A DNA stretch of 64,000 bases from contig CAVVPN010000003.1 of assembly GCA_963750165.1 (NCBI GenBank), positions 1,312,001 to 1,376,000 on the forward strand, written 5' to 3'. This document shows, piece after piece, positions 42,221 to 51,634 of the stretch; position 1 is the stretch's first letter; each line of letters starts with the position of its first letter. The notes below the pieces were generated by a model, which was not told where the DNA came from, did not search any database, and was given only the letters and a program-made list of their open reading frames with translations. The translations under genes were made by a program, and so were the position numbers. The stretch is from an uncultured Gemmataceae bacterium. GTDB taxonomy: Bacteria; Planctomycetota; Planctomycetia; Gemmatales; Gemmataceae.

Positions 42221-42276
42221 AATGATGACGGCGGTAGTGGTTGTCATGGTTTTTCCTGCGCGTTCGGCGAATGCAA

Positions 42277-43312
42277 TCAATCAAACAACGTCCCCTGCGG
42301 ATCAGGCGGCCGCTTCATCGGCTTGCCGAGGTGCTGGTACGCCCTGGGCGTCGCCAGCCGGCCGCGCGGCGTACGGACGATGTACTGCTCGCGCAACAAA
42401 TACGGCTCGATCTCGTCGCTGAGCGTGTCCGCTGGCAGATTCATGGTGGCGGCGATGGCCTCGACGCCCGTCGGGCCGCCCTGGAAGACGCCGATCAGCG
42501 TTTCCAGGTAACGGCGGTCCTGTTTGTCCAGCCCCTCAACATCGACCTCCGCCATTGCCAGCGCGGCCTTCGCCACGTCGAGACTGATGCGGCCGTCGTG
42601 CTCGCTGGTGGTGTAGTGGCGCGCCCACCACAGCCGGGCGTTGGCGATGCGCGGCGTGCCGCGGCTGCGGCGCGCGATCTCCAGCGCCGCGTCGTCGCTG
42701 ATCTCCGTGTTCAGCTTCTTCGCGTTGATGCGGACAATCGTCGACCAACTCCTCGACGGTGTAAAACTCCAGGTGCTCGTGCATCTTGAAGCGGTCGCGC
42801 ATCGGGCTCGACAGCATACCGCTGCGTGTGGTGGCGCCGATGAGCGTGAAGTGCTTCAACTTCAGGTTGATGGTCCGGGCGTTCATGCCCTCGCCGAGCA
42901 CGATATCGACGCGGAAATCCTCCATCGCCGGGTAGATGAACTCTTCCACGACGCGCGGCATCCGGTGGATTTCGTCGATGAACAGGAACGAGCCTTCCTC
43001 GACATTGGTGAGGAACGGCAGCAGGTCCGCGGGCTTGGACAGGGCGGGGCCGCTGGTCATCTGAATGGACGTGCCCAGCTCGTTCGGCAGCACTGTGGCG
43101 AACGTGGTTTTGCCGAGGCCGGGCGGCCCATCGAAGAGGATGTGCGACAGCGGTTCCTTGAGTTTCTTGCAGGCGTTCAGGACGATGCCGAGGCGCTGCA
43201 CCACCGCTTTCTGGCCGATGACTTCGCGCAGCCAGCGCGGCCGCAGGGCGGCGTCGCGCTCGCGCTGGTTGTCGCCGTCCGGGTTGCCCTGGACCACTGC
43301 TTGCCGGGCCAT
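42277..43312 (-). CDS. ruvB: Holliday junction branch migration helicase RuvB; +1 frameshift near 42745
   Basis: GPPGLGKTT, FIDEIHR, GATTR, RGTPRIAN and EPYL...RTPRGR motifs. Confidence 0.95.
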
Positions 43313-43340
43313 GAATGGAGTCTCCCGCGAAGGGCCCGCT

Positions 43341-43422
43341 GTTCTGCCGCTTGCGGCTTAGCGCTCTGAAACCCATCTCCCGTTCGATGGGCCGCAGCGC
43401 GCTAAGCCGCAAGCGGCAGAAC
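43341..43422. repeat. TTCTGCCGCTTGCGGC-family REP palindrome
   Basis: 24-bp arms gttctgccgcttgcggcttagcgc / gcgctaagccgcaagcggcagaac. Confidence 0.85.
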
Positions 43423-43424
43423 CA

Positions 43425-44099
43425 TCAGGTTACCTGTTTGTTGTAAATCTCCAGCAGAATCTCTTCCACTGTCTTGAACTGCTTGCCGCGCGCCAGTGCC
43501 TTGTCGAGCAGGTCACGCGCCTCCAGCGGACTGTGACCGATGCTCAGCAGCGCCCGATAGGCGTCCTCCAGCATGTTGCCGTCCACCACGTCCGGCGCTG
43601 GCGTCGTGGCCCCGGCAACCGCCTTGCCGTCCGCGCTGGGCTCCGCGTCCGCCGTCGGCCCGGTCATGGCGAAGCGCGTCACCTTGCGCTTCAGCTTGGC
43701 CACCATCTGCTCCGCCGTCGCGGCGCCGACGCCCGGCAGCGTCGTCAGCCACTTGCTGTCCTGCCGCTGGATGGCGTTGGCGATCTCCCGCACCGGCCGC
43801 ATCAAGGCCTTGAGCGCCTTGCGCACGCCCACCTTGTCCACCGTGCAGAACAGCTCGAAAAACTCCAGGTCCGCCTCGTGCAGAAAGCCGATCAACCGCG
43901 GCACCACCCGGCCCTGCATCGGATTGCCGTCCAGGTATTCCGTGGTGTGCAGCGTCAGTTCCTGACCGGTGTGCGTCTGCAACTGCCGGCGGACGAACTC
44001 CGGCACCAGCACCTGATATTCAAGCGGCCCGACCAGCAGCCGCACTTCCTCGTCGAGCACCCGGTTGAGCACGCCGGTCATGCGCGTAATCATGGCCAT
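43425..44099 (-). CDS. ruvA: Holliday junction branch migration protein RuvA
   Basis: HhH motifs VDKVGVRKAL and LPGVGAATAE; lies between ruvC and ruvB. Confidence 0.92.
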   Translation of the reverse strand: MAMITRMTGVLNRVLDEEVRLLVGPLEYQVLVPEFVRRQLQTHTGQELTLHTTEYLDGNPMQGRVVPRLIGFLHEADLEFFELFCTVDKVGVRKALKALMRPVREIANAIQRQDSKWLTTLPGVGAATAEQMVAKLKRKVTRFAMTGPTADAEPSADGKAVAGATTPAPDVVDGNMLEDAYRALLSIGHSPLEARDLLDKALARGKQFKTVEEILLEIYNKQVT

Positions 44100-44102
44100 G
44101 CC

Positions 44103-44609
44103 TCACGCGGAGAGTTTTTGCGTGTAGTAATGACACAGCGCCGCCGCCAGGGCGTCCGCCACGTCGGGTGGCTCCGGCAGCGCCACCAGACCCAACTCGC
44201 GCTGGACGGTGCGCTGCACCTGCTCCTTCGTGGCGTGGCCGTTGCCGGTCACCGTCTTCTTGATGCGCGTCGCGTTGTAGCTCACCACCGTCAGCCCCTT
44301 TTGCGCCGCCGCCAGGAAGATGACGCCGCGGGCGTGGGCCATCAGGATGGCGGTGCGCGGGTGATCGTAGTGAGCGTACAACTGCTCCGCCGCCACCACG
44401 TCCGGTTGCAACTCTTCTAGAATCTCTACTAAACCATTGTACAGAGAGAGCAGACGGGGTGCCATGTCAGTCGTGGCGCGACCCTCGGCGCTCTTGATAA
44501 CGCCTGCCTCGCAGACTACCGGGCGCGTGCCGACCTCAACGACGGCGTAGCCGGTGACCTGCAGGCCGGGATCGATGCCGAGGATGCGCTGGCCACGGGG
44601 GGGAGGCAT
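44103..44609 (-). CDS. ruvC: Crossover junction endodeoxyribonuclease RuvC
   Basis: ILGIDPG, KKTVTGNGHATKEQV and DVADALA motifs. Confidence 0.95.
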   Translation of the reverse strand: MPPPRGQRILGIDPGLQVTGYAVVEVGTRPVVCEAGVIKSAEGRATTDMAPRLLSLYNGLVEILEELQPDVVAAEQLYAHYDHPRTAILMAHARGVIFLAAAQKGLTVVSYNATRIKKTVTGNGHATKEQVQRTVQRELGLVALPEPPDVADALAAALCHYYTQKLSA

Positions 44610-44716
44610 GACGGACTCCAGAGCGGTATTCGGTGTTCGGTTGTCTACGAACATGGTCGGCCCGGGGACGGCGTGGACGTGAACAAAACTCACCACCGAC
44701 CACCGAACACCGCCGC

Positions 44717-46213
44717 TTATCCGATCCGCCAGCCGGTGCCGCCGGGTCGGTCTTCCAGCGTCACTTTGAGATCGGCGAGCCGTTTACGAATTTGGTCGCC
44801 CAGCGCGAAATTCTTGGCCTTGCGCGCTTCCGTGCGCAGGTCGATCAACAGCTGCATCAACCCCTGCACGAGCTGATCCTGTCCCGCCTGTTCGCCCTGC
44901 GGCGGGGCCAGGAACAGGCCAAGGATTTGACTCAGTTCCTTGAGCACCAGTACGCCGCGCTCCAGCGCCTTGAGATCGGCGGCGGCGCCGTTGCCGGCCT
45001 CCAGTTGCTTGGTGTCCGCAAAGCGGTTCAGCAATTTCAGCAACTCGAACAGCACGCCGATGGCGCCGCCGGTGTTGAAGTCGCTGTCCATGTGATCCAG
45101 GAACGCCTCCCAGAGCCGCTGCACATCGATCAGCAGTTCCGCTGTGCTGCCGTCCGTGTCAAACTTCTTTTTGCTGCTCGGCGGCTTCAGATCGTAAAAG
45201 CTCTTGCCGGTGACGCGCAGGTATCGCTCGAACAGGCGGTAAAAGCTGTCCAGGCTGCGCTCCACTTCCTTCAGCCGTTCGTCGCTGTATTCGATGGGGC
45301 TGCGGTAGTGCGTGCCCAGGAGCAGGAAGCGCACCGTCTCCGGCTGGTGCTTCTGCAGCAGGTCGGCGATGTTGATGACGTTGCCGAGCGAACCGGCCAT
45401 CTTTTCGGGCTTGCCCTCCTCCGAGCGCAGTTTCAGCAGCCCGTTGTGCATCCAGTAGCGCGCGAACGTCTCGCCGGAGTACGATTCCGACTGGGCCAAC
45501 TCGTTCTCGTGGTGCGGGAACTGCAAATCCAGGCCGCCGCCGTGGATGTCGAGCGTCTGGCCGAGGAGCTTCATGCTCATGGCGGAGCACTCGATGTGCC
45601 AGCCCGGCCGGCCCGGGCCCCACGGACTCTCCCACGCCGGCTCGCCCGGCTTGGCGCCCTTCCATAGCGCGAAGTCGCCCGGGTTGCGCTTCTTCTCGCT
45701 GACCTCGATGCGCGCCCCCGCCTCCAGCTGCTCCGGGTCGCGGTTGCACAGTTTGCCGTAATCCGGGTCGCGTGTCACATCGAAATACACGTCGCCGCCG
45801 GCGGCATACGCATACCCCGTCTCGATGAGCTTGCGCATCATCTCGATCATTTCGGGGATGTGCTCGGTCGCGCGCGGCATCTGGTCAATACCCGTCACCC
45901 CCAGCTTCTTCAGGCACTCGACGTAATCGACAGTCATGCGCTCCGCCAGTTCCTTGACGGCGGTGCCGAGTTCGCGGGCGCGGACGATGAGCTTGTCGTC
46001 CACGTCAGTGATGTTGACGACCCAGGTGACCTGATAACCCAGATACGTCAGGTAGCGCTTGACGGTATCGAAGATAACGGGGCCGACCATGTGGCCGATG
46101 TGGCTGGGCTTGTAGACGGTGGGGCCGCACAAGTACATGCGCACCTTGCCGCGCTCGACCGTCTCGAACGGCTCTTCCTTCCGCGACAACGTGTTGAACA
46201 CGCGCAAGGCCAT
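44717..46213 (-). CDS. cysS: Cysteine--tRNA ligase
   Basis: CGPTVY, HIGH, GWHIECSAM, DIHGGG and KMAGS (KMSKS variant) motifs. Confidence 0.97.
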   Translation of the reverse strand: MALRVFNTLSRKEEPFETVERGKVRMYLCGPTVYKPSHIGHMVGPVIFDTVKRYLTYLGYQVTWVVNITDVDDKLIVRARELGTAVKELAERMTVDYVECLKKLGVTGIDQMPRATEHIPEMIEMMRKLIETGYAYAAGGDVYFDVTRDPDYGKLCNRDPEQLEAGARIEVSEKKRNPGDFALWKGAKPGEPAWESPWGPGRPGWHIECSAMSMKLLGQTLDIHGGGLDLQFPHHENELAQSESYSGETFARYWMHNGLLKLRSEEGKPEKMAGSLGNVINIADLLQKHQPETVRFLLLGTHYRSPIEYSDERLKEVERSLDSFYRLFERYLRVTGKSFYDLKPPSSKKKFDTDGSTAELLIDVQRLWEAFLDHMDSDFNTGGAIGVLFELLKLLNRFADTKQLEAGNGAAADLKALERGVLVLKELSQILGLFLAPPQGEQAGQDQLVQGLMQLLIDLRTEARKAKNFALGDQIRKRLADLKVTLEDRPGGTGWRIG

Positions 46214-46232
46214 CACCCACTCTCCCTTTCGG

Positions 46233-46317
46233 GAGAGTCATTAGTCATTAGTCATTAGTCATTAGTCAACTGGGGTCCGGTTGATTAATGACTAATGACT
46301 AATGACTAATGACTCTC
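46233..46317. repeat. Inverted heptamer tandem arrays (TAGTCAT)n / (ATGACTA)n
   Basis: 38-bp arms with 1 mismatch and a 9-nt loop; overlaps the ispF stop codon. Confidence 0.9.
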
Positions 46318-46785
46318 ATGATCAATCAGCGCCACCGCCTGGCAGCCGATCGCCTCCGCCCGGCCGATGCTGCCGACGCCCTCGCCGGTCTTCGCCTTGA
46401 CGTTCACGCAGTCCTCGCCCAGCCCGAGCAGCTCCGCCAGCTGCCGGCGGATGGCCGCCTTGACCGGCCCCAACTTCGGCTGCTGGGCGAACACAATCAC
46501 GTCCACATTGACAACACGCCAGCCCGCCTGGTTCAGCCGCGCCAGCGTTTCGCGCAGGAACAGCCGCGAGTCGGCGTCCTTGTACTTCGGATCGGTGTCG
46601 GGGTAGGCGTCGCCAATGTCGCCGAGGCCGGCGGCGCCGAGCAGGGCGTCGGTCAGGGCGTGCAGCACCACGTCGGCGTCACTGTGGCCGACGAGGCCGC
46701 GCGGGTGTTCGATGCGAACGCCGCCCAGCAGGAGCGGCCGCCCGTCCGCCAGACGGTGGGTGTCGTGACCGATGCCGACGCGCAT
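46306..46785 (-). CDS. ispF: 2-C-methyl-D-erythritol 2,4-cyclodiphosphate synthase
   Basis: GHDTH, GHSDADV, GDIG and VKAKTGEG motifs. Confidence 0.97.
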   Translation of the reverse strand: MRVGIGHDTHRLADGRPLLLGGVRIEHPRGLVGHSDADVVLHALTDALLGAAGLGDIGDAYPDTDPKYKDADSRLFLRETLARLNQAGWRVVNVDVIVFAQQPKLGPVKAAIRRQLAELLGLGEDCVNVKAKTGEGVGSIGRAEAIGCQAVALIDHESH

Positions 46786-46857
46786 GCTGTCCTCCGTGCA
46801 TCCCCGGACTTCAGGCACTATAGCGACCGACCGGGCCGGCTGACAACGCGAGTCGGC

Positions 46858-48213
46858 TCAGGCGCCGTAGCCGAAGGGTGGCTCGACGGCGAAGTTCTCA
46901 TAGCGCATGAACTGCTTGAGGTAGGTGAGCGTGACCTCGCCAGTGGGGCCGTTGCGCTGCTTGGCGATGATGACCTCGATGACGCCCTCGTGCTGGCCCG
47001 GTTCGTGCAATTCCGGACGGTGCAGCAACATCACGGTGTCCGCGTCCTGTTCTATACTTCCAGACTCCCTTAAATCCGATAATCGTGGCCGATGGTCCTG
47101 GCGGTCCTCGGAACTGCGATTCACCTGGGCCAGCGACATCACCGGGATGTTGAGTTCGCGGGCCAGGAACTTGAGACGGCGCGAGATTTGCGCCACCTGT
47201 TCCTGGCGCGGGTCGCGGCGGTTGTCCGGCTCAATGAGCTGCAGATAATCGATGACCACCAGTTTGAGGCCGTGGCGGAGTTTCAGCCGGCGGGCATTGG
47301 CGGCGATGCGGAGCATTCCCTGGCCGGGCGAGTCGTCGATGAACAGCTTCGCCTGCCGCAGATTATCGCCCGCCTGGATCAACTTGTCCATGTCATCGCC
47401 ATTGAGATGGCCCTTGCGCAGTTTATGGCTGTCCACCCTGGCGTGCGAACACAGCAACCGTTCGGTCAACTCGATGCGCGACTGCTCCAGGCTGACGAAG
47501 AACACGGTGGCCTGTTCTTCCACGGTGACGTGGCGGACAACGTTCAAGGCGAAGCTCGTCTTGCCGACCGAGGGCCTGGCGGCCAGGATGACGAGTTCCG
47601 AGTTTTGCAGTCCCGCGGTGAGATTGTCCAGGTCGATGAAGCCCGTCGAGATACCGCTGATCGATTGTTTGTGCAGCAGCCGGGCGTCAATGCGGTTGTA
47701 GGTTTCGTCCAGCGCTTTTTGCAGAGTGACCGTTTCACCGGTAATGCCCAGTTCGGCGATCTCAAAAATCTTGCGCTCGGCGCCGCCGATCAATTCGTCG
47801 GCGGGGGAGGATTGCTCGTAACAGTCGCGGAGGATTTCGGTGCTGGTGTGGATGAGCGTGCGCAGCAGCGCCTTGTCACGGACAATGCGGGCGTAATATT
47901 CAGCGTTCGCGGCGGTCGGGGCGGCGTCCCACAAATCGGCCAGGTAGGTCAGACCGCCCACGTCTTCGAGGAACTTTTGTTGCTTCAGCCATTCCGCCAG
48001 CGTCACCAGATCGGCAGGGTTATTTTTCCCAGCGTAAAGGGCCTTGATACCTTTGAAGATTTTGCGGTGGGCGTCCGTGTAAAAAAAATCCTCGCTCTGG
48101 AGAATTTGAAACACATCATCAATGATTTTATTATCGCGCAGCATGCTGCCCAGCACGCTGCGTTCGGCGTCACGGTTCTGAGGGGGAAGACGTTCGCTTC
48201 CTTGCTCGGACAT
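46858..48213 (-). CDS. dnaB: Replicative DNA helicase (no intein)
   Basis: ARPSVGKT, IDYLQL, SDLRESGSIEQDAD and KQRNGP motifs. Confidence 0.97.
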   Translation of the reverse strand: MSEQGSERLPPQNRDAERSVLGSMLRDNKIIDDVFQILQSEDFFYTDAHRKIFKGIKALYAGKNNPADLVTLAEWLKQQKFLEDVGGLTYLADLWDAAPTAANAEYYARIVRDKALLRTLIHTSTEILRDCYEQSSPADELIGGAERKIFEIAELGITGETVTLQKALDETYNRIDARLLHKQSISGISTGFIDLDNLTAGLQNSELVILAARPSVGKTSFALNVVRHVTVEEQATVFFVSLEQSRIELTERLLCSHARVDSHKLRKGHLNGDDMDKLIQAGDNLRQAKLFIDDSPGQGMLRIAANARRLKLRHGLKLVVIDYLQLIEPDNRRDPRQEQVAQISRRLKFLARELNIPVMSLAQVNRSSEDRQDHRPRLSDLRESGSIEQDADTVMLLHRPELHEPGQHEGVIEVIIAKQRNGPTGEVTLTYLKQFMRYENFAVEPPFGYGA

Positions 48214-48252
48214 GGCCCACCTCCTTCCTGGCGATGAGCAATTCAGGATGTG

Positions 48253-48317
48253 GTTCGTGGTCCCGCCTTCGGGCGGAATCTAACACGCAGATTCCGCCTG
48301 AAGGCGGGACTACGAAC
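48253..48317. repeat. GTAG-type REP doublet
   Basis: gttcgtggtcccgccttcgggcggaatct ... agattccgcctgaaggcgggactacgaac. Confidence 0.8.
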
Positions 48318-48332
48318 GAAGAATCTCACCGC

Positions 48333-48854
48333 TCACTTCTTGGCTTCGGTCTGCTTCAGCGGCACCACCATGACGGTGACCTTGCTCTCGATCTCGTAAC
48401 CCAGCCCCAGGTTGACCTCGTACAGCGCACACTGTTTGATCGGCCCTTCCAGCTTGACCATGTCGGGCTCGACCTTGAGGTTCTTGCCCTTGAGCGCTTT
48501 GGAAATCTCCGTGGCACCGACGGAGCCGAACAGGTGGCCGTCCTCGTTGGCCAGCGCCTCGATGCTGATGTGCGGCACACGCTGGATCTGCTCGGCGAGC
48601 ACCTTCAAGTCGGCGATTTTGGCCTCGCGGGCCTGGTTGATGCGGATCTTGTGGCGCTCCAGCAGCCGCAGGTTGTGCGCGCTGGGCACCGTCGCCATGC
48701 CGTTCGGCACCAGGTAATTGCGGCCGTAGCCCGGCTTGACCTCGACCACGTCGCCCTGCTTGCCAAGGTTGGGCACGTCCTCGGTCAACACCAGTTGCAT
48801 GCCGCGGTGACTGCCCCGGATGATCTGGTTGCGCTGCTTGATTTTGCCTGCCAT
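48333..48854 (-). CDS. rplI: 50S ribosomal protein L9
   Basis: LGKQGDVVEVKPGYGRNYLVP and HLFGSV motifs. Confidence 0.97.
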   Translation of the reverse strand: MAGKIKQRNQIIRGSHRGMQLVLTEDVPNLGKQGDVVEVKPGYGRNYLVPNGMATVPSAHNLRLLERHKIRINQAREAKIADLKVLAEQIQRVPHISIEALANEDGHLFGSVGATEISKALKGKNLKVEPDMVKLEGPIKQCALYEVNLGLGYEIESKVTVMVVPLKQTEAKK

Positions 48855-48893
48855 GAGTCAACCTTTTTCACTGGGAGCGCCACCCCGCGGCGC

Positions 48894-49394
48894 TCAGAAC
48901 GGGATTTCTTCGTTGGTGCCGCCGCCCGAGGACGGCTCCTCGCCAAAGTCATCGTGGACCGGGGCCGTGCTTGGCGTGGCGGCGCTGGCCATCGGCTTGC
49001 GCTGCTGGTAACTGCCGCCGCCGCTGGCGCCGCCAACGTCGTCCTTCTTTTCCAGGAACTGGAAGTTCTCGACGACCAGCACGTGCTTGCTGCGCTTGCC
49101 GCCGCCGTTCTTGTCGTCCCAGGTCTCCATGACCAGGTGACCTTCCAGAAAGACCTGATGGCCCTTCCGCAGACTTTGCGCGGCCAGGTCTGCTTGCCGG
49201 CTGCTCTCGGCGCTGCCGTAAATCTTCGTGTCGATGAACATCGGTTCGTCCACCCACTGGCCGGTCTGCTGGTCCTTCTTGCGGTTGCTCACCGCAAAGC
49301 CAAACTGCACCACCTTGCCACCGCTGGGGAAATTCCGCGTTTCCGGATCCCGGGTCAACCGACCGATAAACAGCACCTTGTTCACGTTTGCCAT
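48894..49394 (-). CDS. ssb: Single-stranded DNA-binding protein
   Basis: NKVLFIGRLTRDPE motif and acidic C-terminal EEIPF. Confidence 0.97.
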   Translation of the reverse strand: MANVNKVLFIGRLTRDPETRNFPSGGKVVQFGFAVSNRKKDQQTGQWVDEPMFIDTKIYGSAESSRQADLAAQSLRKGHQVFLEGHLVMETWDDKNGGGKRSKHVLVVENFQFLEKKDDVGGASGGGSYQQRKPMASAATPSTAPVHDDFGEEPSSGGGTNEEIPF

Positions 49395-49463
49395 GGGGCG
49401 TCTCCTTGAGTTTGCACCGTCCGCACCGAAACCGCGCACCCCACGCCGGGATTGCGCGTTTGT

Positions 49464-49493
49464 AGTATACATCCGTCCGCCGAACGGAAGCAA
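49464..49493 (-). promoter_or_regulatory. Candidate internal sigma-70 promoter upstream of ssb
   Basis: TTGCTT-N18-TATACT on the minus strand. Confidence 0.4.
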
Positions 49494-49571
49494 GCTCGGT
49501 TGGTCGGAAGCGTGCCGGAAAGCAAGTGCAGTTCGCGGAGTAACCCGTTTGGCTGGCAAGGCCGACGCGGT

Positions 49572-50024
49572 TTAACCCTTGTCGTCGTCATCGCGGCGCC
49601 GGCCGCCGCGCCGTTCGCCGCCGTGGCGGTCACCGTCGCCGCCGAGGCCGTCCTCGGTCGAGTCGTCATGGATGAGCTGCAGCGCCAGCGCGTTCTCGTC
49701 GCGGGCCAGCGTCAGCATGGTGTCCACCATCTTCGGCTCGACCTTCAACATCAGCGCGCGCAGCACCATTTCGAGCAGTGCGTAGTCGTGCTTGATGACA
49801 TCCAGGTTCTTGCCCTCGGTGCGGAAGTACGTCAGGTAGTACAACCCCTTCTTGTGCTTCTTGATGGGGTAGAGCAGGCGGCGCTCGTCCCAGGGGCGGC
49901 TGGCGAGCACCTCGGCGTTGTGTTTTTCCAGAACGGCGTGGAGCTGCTTGGCGGCAGCCGGCACGTCGCCGGACACCTTGTTCGTGTCCAGCAGGAACAT
50001 GCACTCGTAAACGTTCGCTGGCAT
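49572..50024 (-). CDS. rpsF: 30S ribosomal protein S6
   Basis: YECMFLLD and WDERRLLYPIKKHKKGLYYL motifs. Confidence 0.95.
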   Translation of the reverse strand: MPANVYECMFLLDTNKVSGDVPAAAKQLHAVLEKHNAEVLASRPWDERRLLYPIKKHKKGLYYLTYFRTEGKNLDVIKHDYALLEMVLRALMLKVEPKMVDTMLTLARDENALALQLIHDDSTEDGLGGDGDRHGGERRGGRRRDDDDKG

Positions 50025-50058
50025 AAGCCTCACTCAAGCGTTAGGGACACAGAATATC

Positions 50059-50141
50059 CTTTCTGCCGCTTGCGGCTTGGCGCGCTGCAGCCCATCTGGC
50101 GTTAGAAGGGTTGCAGCGCGCAGGCCGCAAGCGGCAGAAAG
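50059..50141. repeat. TTCTGCCGCTTGCGGC-family REP palindrome
   Basis: ctttctgccgcttgcggc ... gccgcaagcggcagaaag. Confidence 0.85.
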
Positions 50142-50145
50142 ACCG

Positions 50146-50720
50146 TCAACCGTTATACCGATTCATGCAGTCGCCGATGCCCTTGTTCAACCACAGGTCC
50201 GCCGCCTGCACCGCCGCTTGCAGCGCCTCCTCGATGACCGCCCGTTCGCTGGGCCGGAAGCGGCCGAGCACATGGTCCACCGTGTCGTGCTCGTCCGGAG
50301 CGCCCACGCCGATGCGCAGCCGGGCGTACTCGGTGGTGCCCAGGTGGTTCTGGATGTCGCGCAACCCGTTGTGACCGCCGTGCGTCCCCTTGGCCCGCGC
50401 CCGCAGTTTGCCGAGCGGCAGGTTGATGTCATCCGCGACGATCAGCAAATCCTCCAGCGGCAACTGGTAGAAATCGACAATCTGCCGGACGCAGCGGCCG
50501 CTCAGGTTCATGAAGGTCTGCGGCTTGACGAGCAGCACCTTGATGGCGTCCTCGATCACCTCGACGACCTCCGCGTCGAAGCGACTCTGCGCGCGACCGC
50601 GCGCGGGCTCTCGGCCAGGGCATCGACCACCGCGAACCCGACGTTGTGTCGGGTGCCGTGGTACTTGCTGCCCGGGTTGCCCAGACCGACCACCACCTTC
50701 AGCCGCAACCCAGACGCCAT
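50146..50720 (-). CDS. pth: Peptidyl-tRNA hydrolase; 1-bp deletion near 50600
   Basis: [31 protein letters not shown] and RLRIGVG motifs, split over two frames. Confidence 0.93.
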
Positions 50721-50735
50721 GACGCACCCAATTCA

Positions 50736-50801
50736 ATTGCAGATGGCAAATGGAAAGACCGAAACCGGCTGTCTTTCCATTTGCCATCTGCAATCTGCAA
50801 T
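50736..50801. repeat. Degenerate heptamer inverted repeat (TTGCAGA/TCTGCAA-like units)
   Basis: Perfect 24-bp arms at 50736-50759 and 50771-50794, plus one extra 7-mer. Confidence 0.85.
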
Positions 50802-51442
50802 TATTTCTCCTCTTCCTCCTCGGCGGCCTTCTGGCGACCGATGACTTCCGGCTCGGCCTGTTCGCCGGCCTCGGCGGTCGCGGCGGCGGCCTCGGCGATC
50901 GGGGGCTTCACCTGAACCACGATGGCGTCCGGGTCCGTCATCGCCTTGACGCCTTCCGGCAACTTCAGGTCGCTCACGTGGATGATACCGTCGATCTGCA
51001 ACTCGCCGATATTGACGCGGATCGAATCCGGCATACTGATGGCCAGGCACTCGATCTCGATGTTGTGCAGCGGCTGGTCCAGGACGCCGCCCGCCGTGAC
51101 GCCCGGAGCGATGCCGCGCAGCTCGATCCGCACCTCGACGGTGACGCGCTCGTCGATGGAGACGCGCGTGAAATCGACGTGCAGGATGTCGTGGCCCAGG
51201 TGGTCGAACTGCAGGTCGCGGATCAGGACCTTTTCGGTCTTGCCGTCGAGCTTGAGGTCGAGCACGCGCGTGCCGTGGCGGATGATTTTGCCCAGTTCCT
51301 CGGCCTGGACCGCGATCGGAACGGTGGCTTCCTTGTGGCCGTAGATGACTGCCGGCACCAGCCCGGTGCGGCGCAACTGGCGGGCCTTGTGCGTGCCGCG
51401 CGTGCCGCGCGGCTGGGTGACCAACGTGACCGAATCGGCCAT
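50801..51442 (-). CDS. rplY: 50S ribosomal protein L25/Ctc
   Basis: RQLRRTGLVPAVIYG and HVDF motifs, C-terminal Ctc domain. Confidence 0.96.
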   Translation of the reverse strand: MADSVTLVTQPRGTRGTHKARQLRRTGLVPAVIYGHKEATVPIAVQAEELGKIIRHGTRVLDLKLDGKTEKVLIRDLQFDHLGHDILHVDFTRVSIDERVTVEVRIELRGIAPGVTAGGVLDQPLHNIEIECLAISMPDSIRVNIGELQIDGIIHVSDLKLPEGVKAMTDPDAIVVQVKPPIAEAAAATAEAGEQAEPEVIGRQKAAEEEEEK

Positions 51443-51634
51443 GACTGACTTCTCCTCGATGCCCTGCGCCCAACAAAAAAGAGAACACCGCCCGCACGGG
51501 TGGGTGTTCCCGGTGCAACCTGTGTTGAAGATAGTTATTATTTCAACCGACCGGCCCGGTTGGCAAGAGCGCCGCGGAAAAATCGTTACCGTCCTCAGAA
51601 GTGGCAGGCCCCGACCGGGCCCCTCACGTCACGG

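Noticed and set aside
48854..48894. Absence of rpsR between ssb and rplI
   Set aside because: There is no room for it and no remnant. Relocation of rpsR is a common lineage-level arrangement, so this is not evidence of anything unusual.
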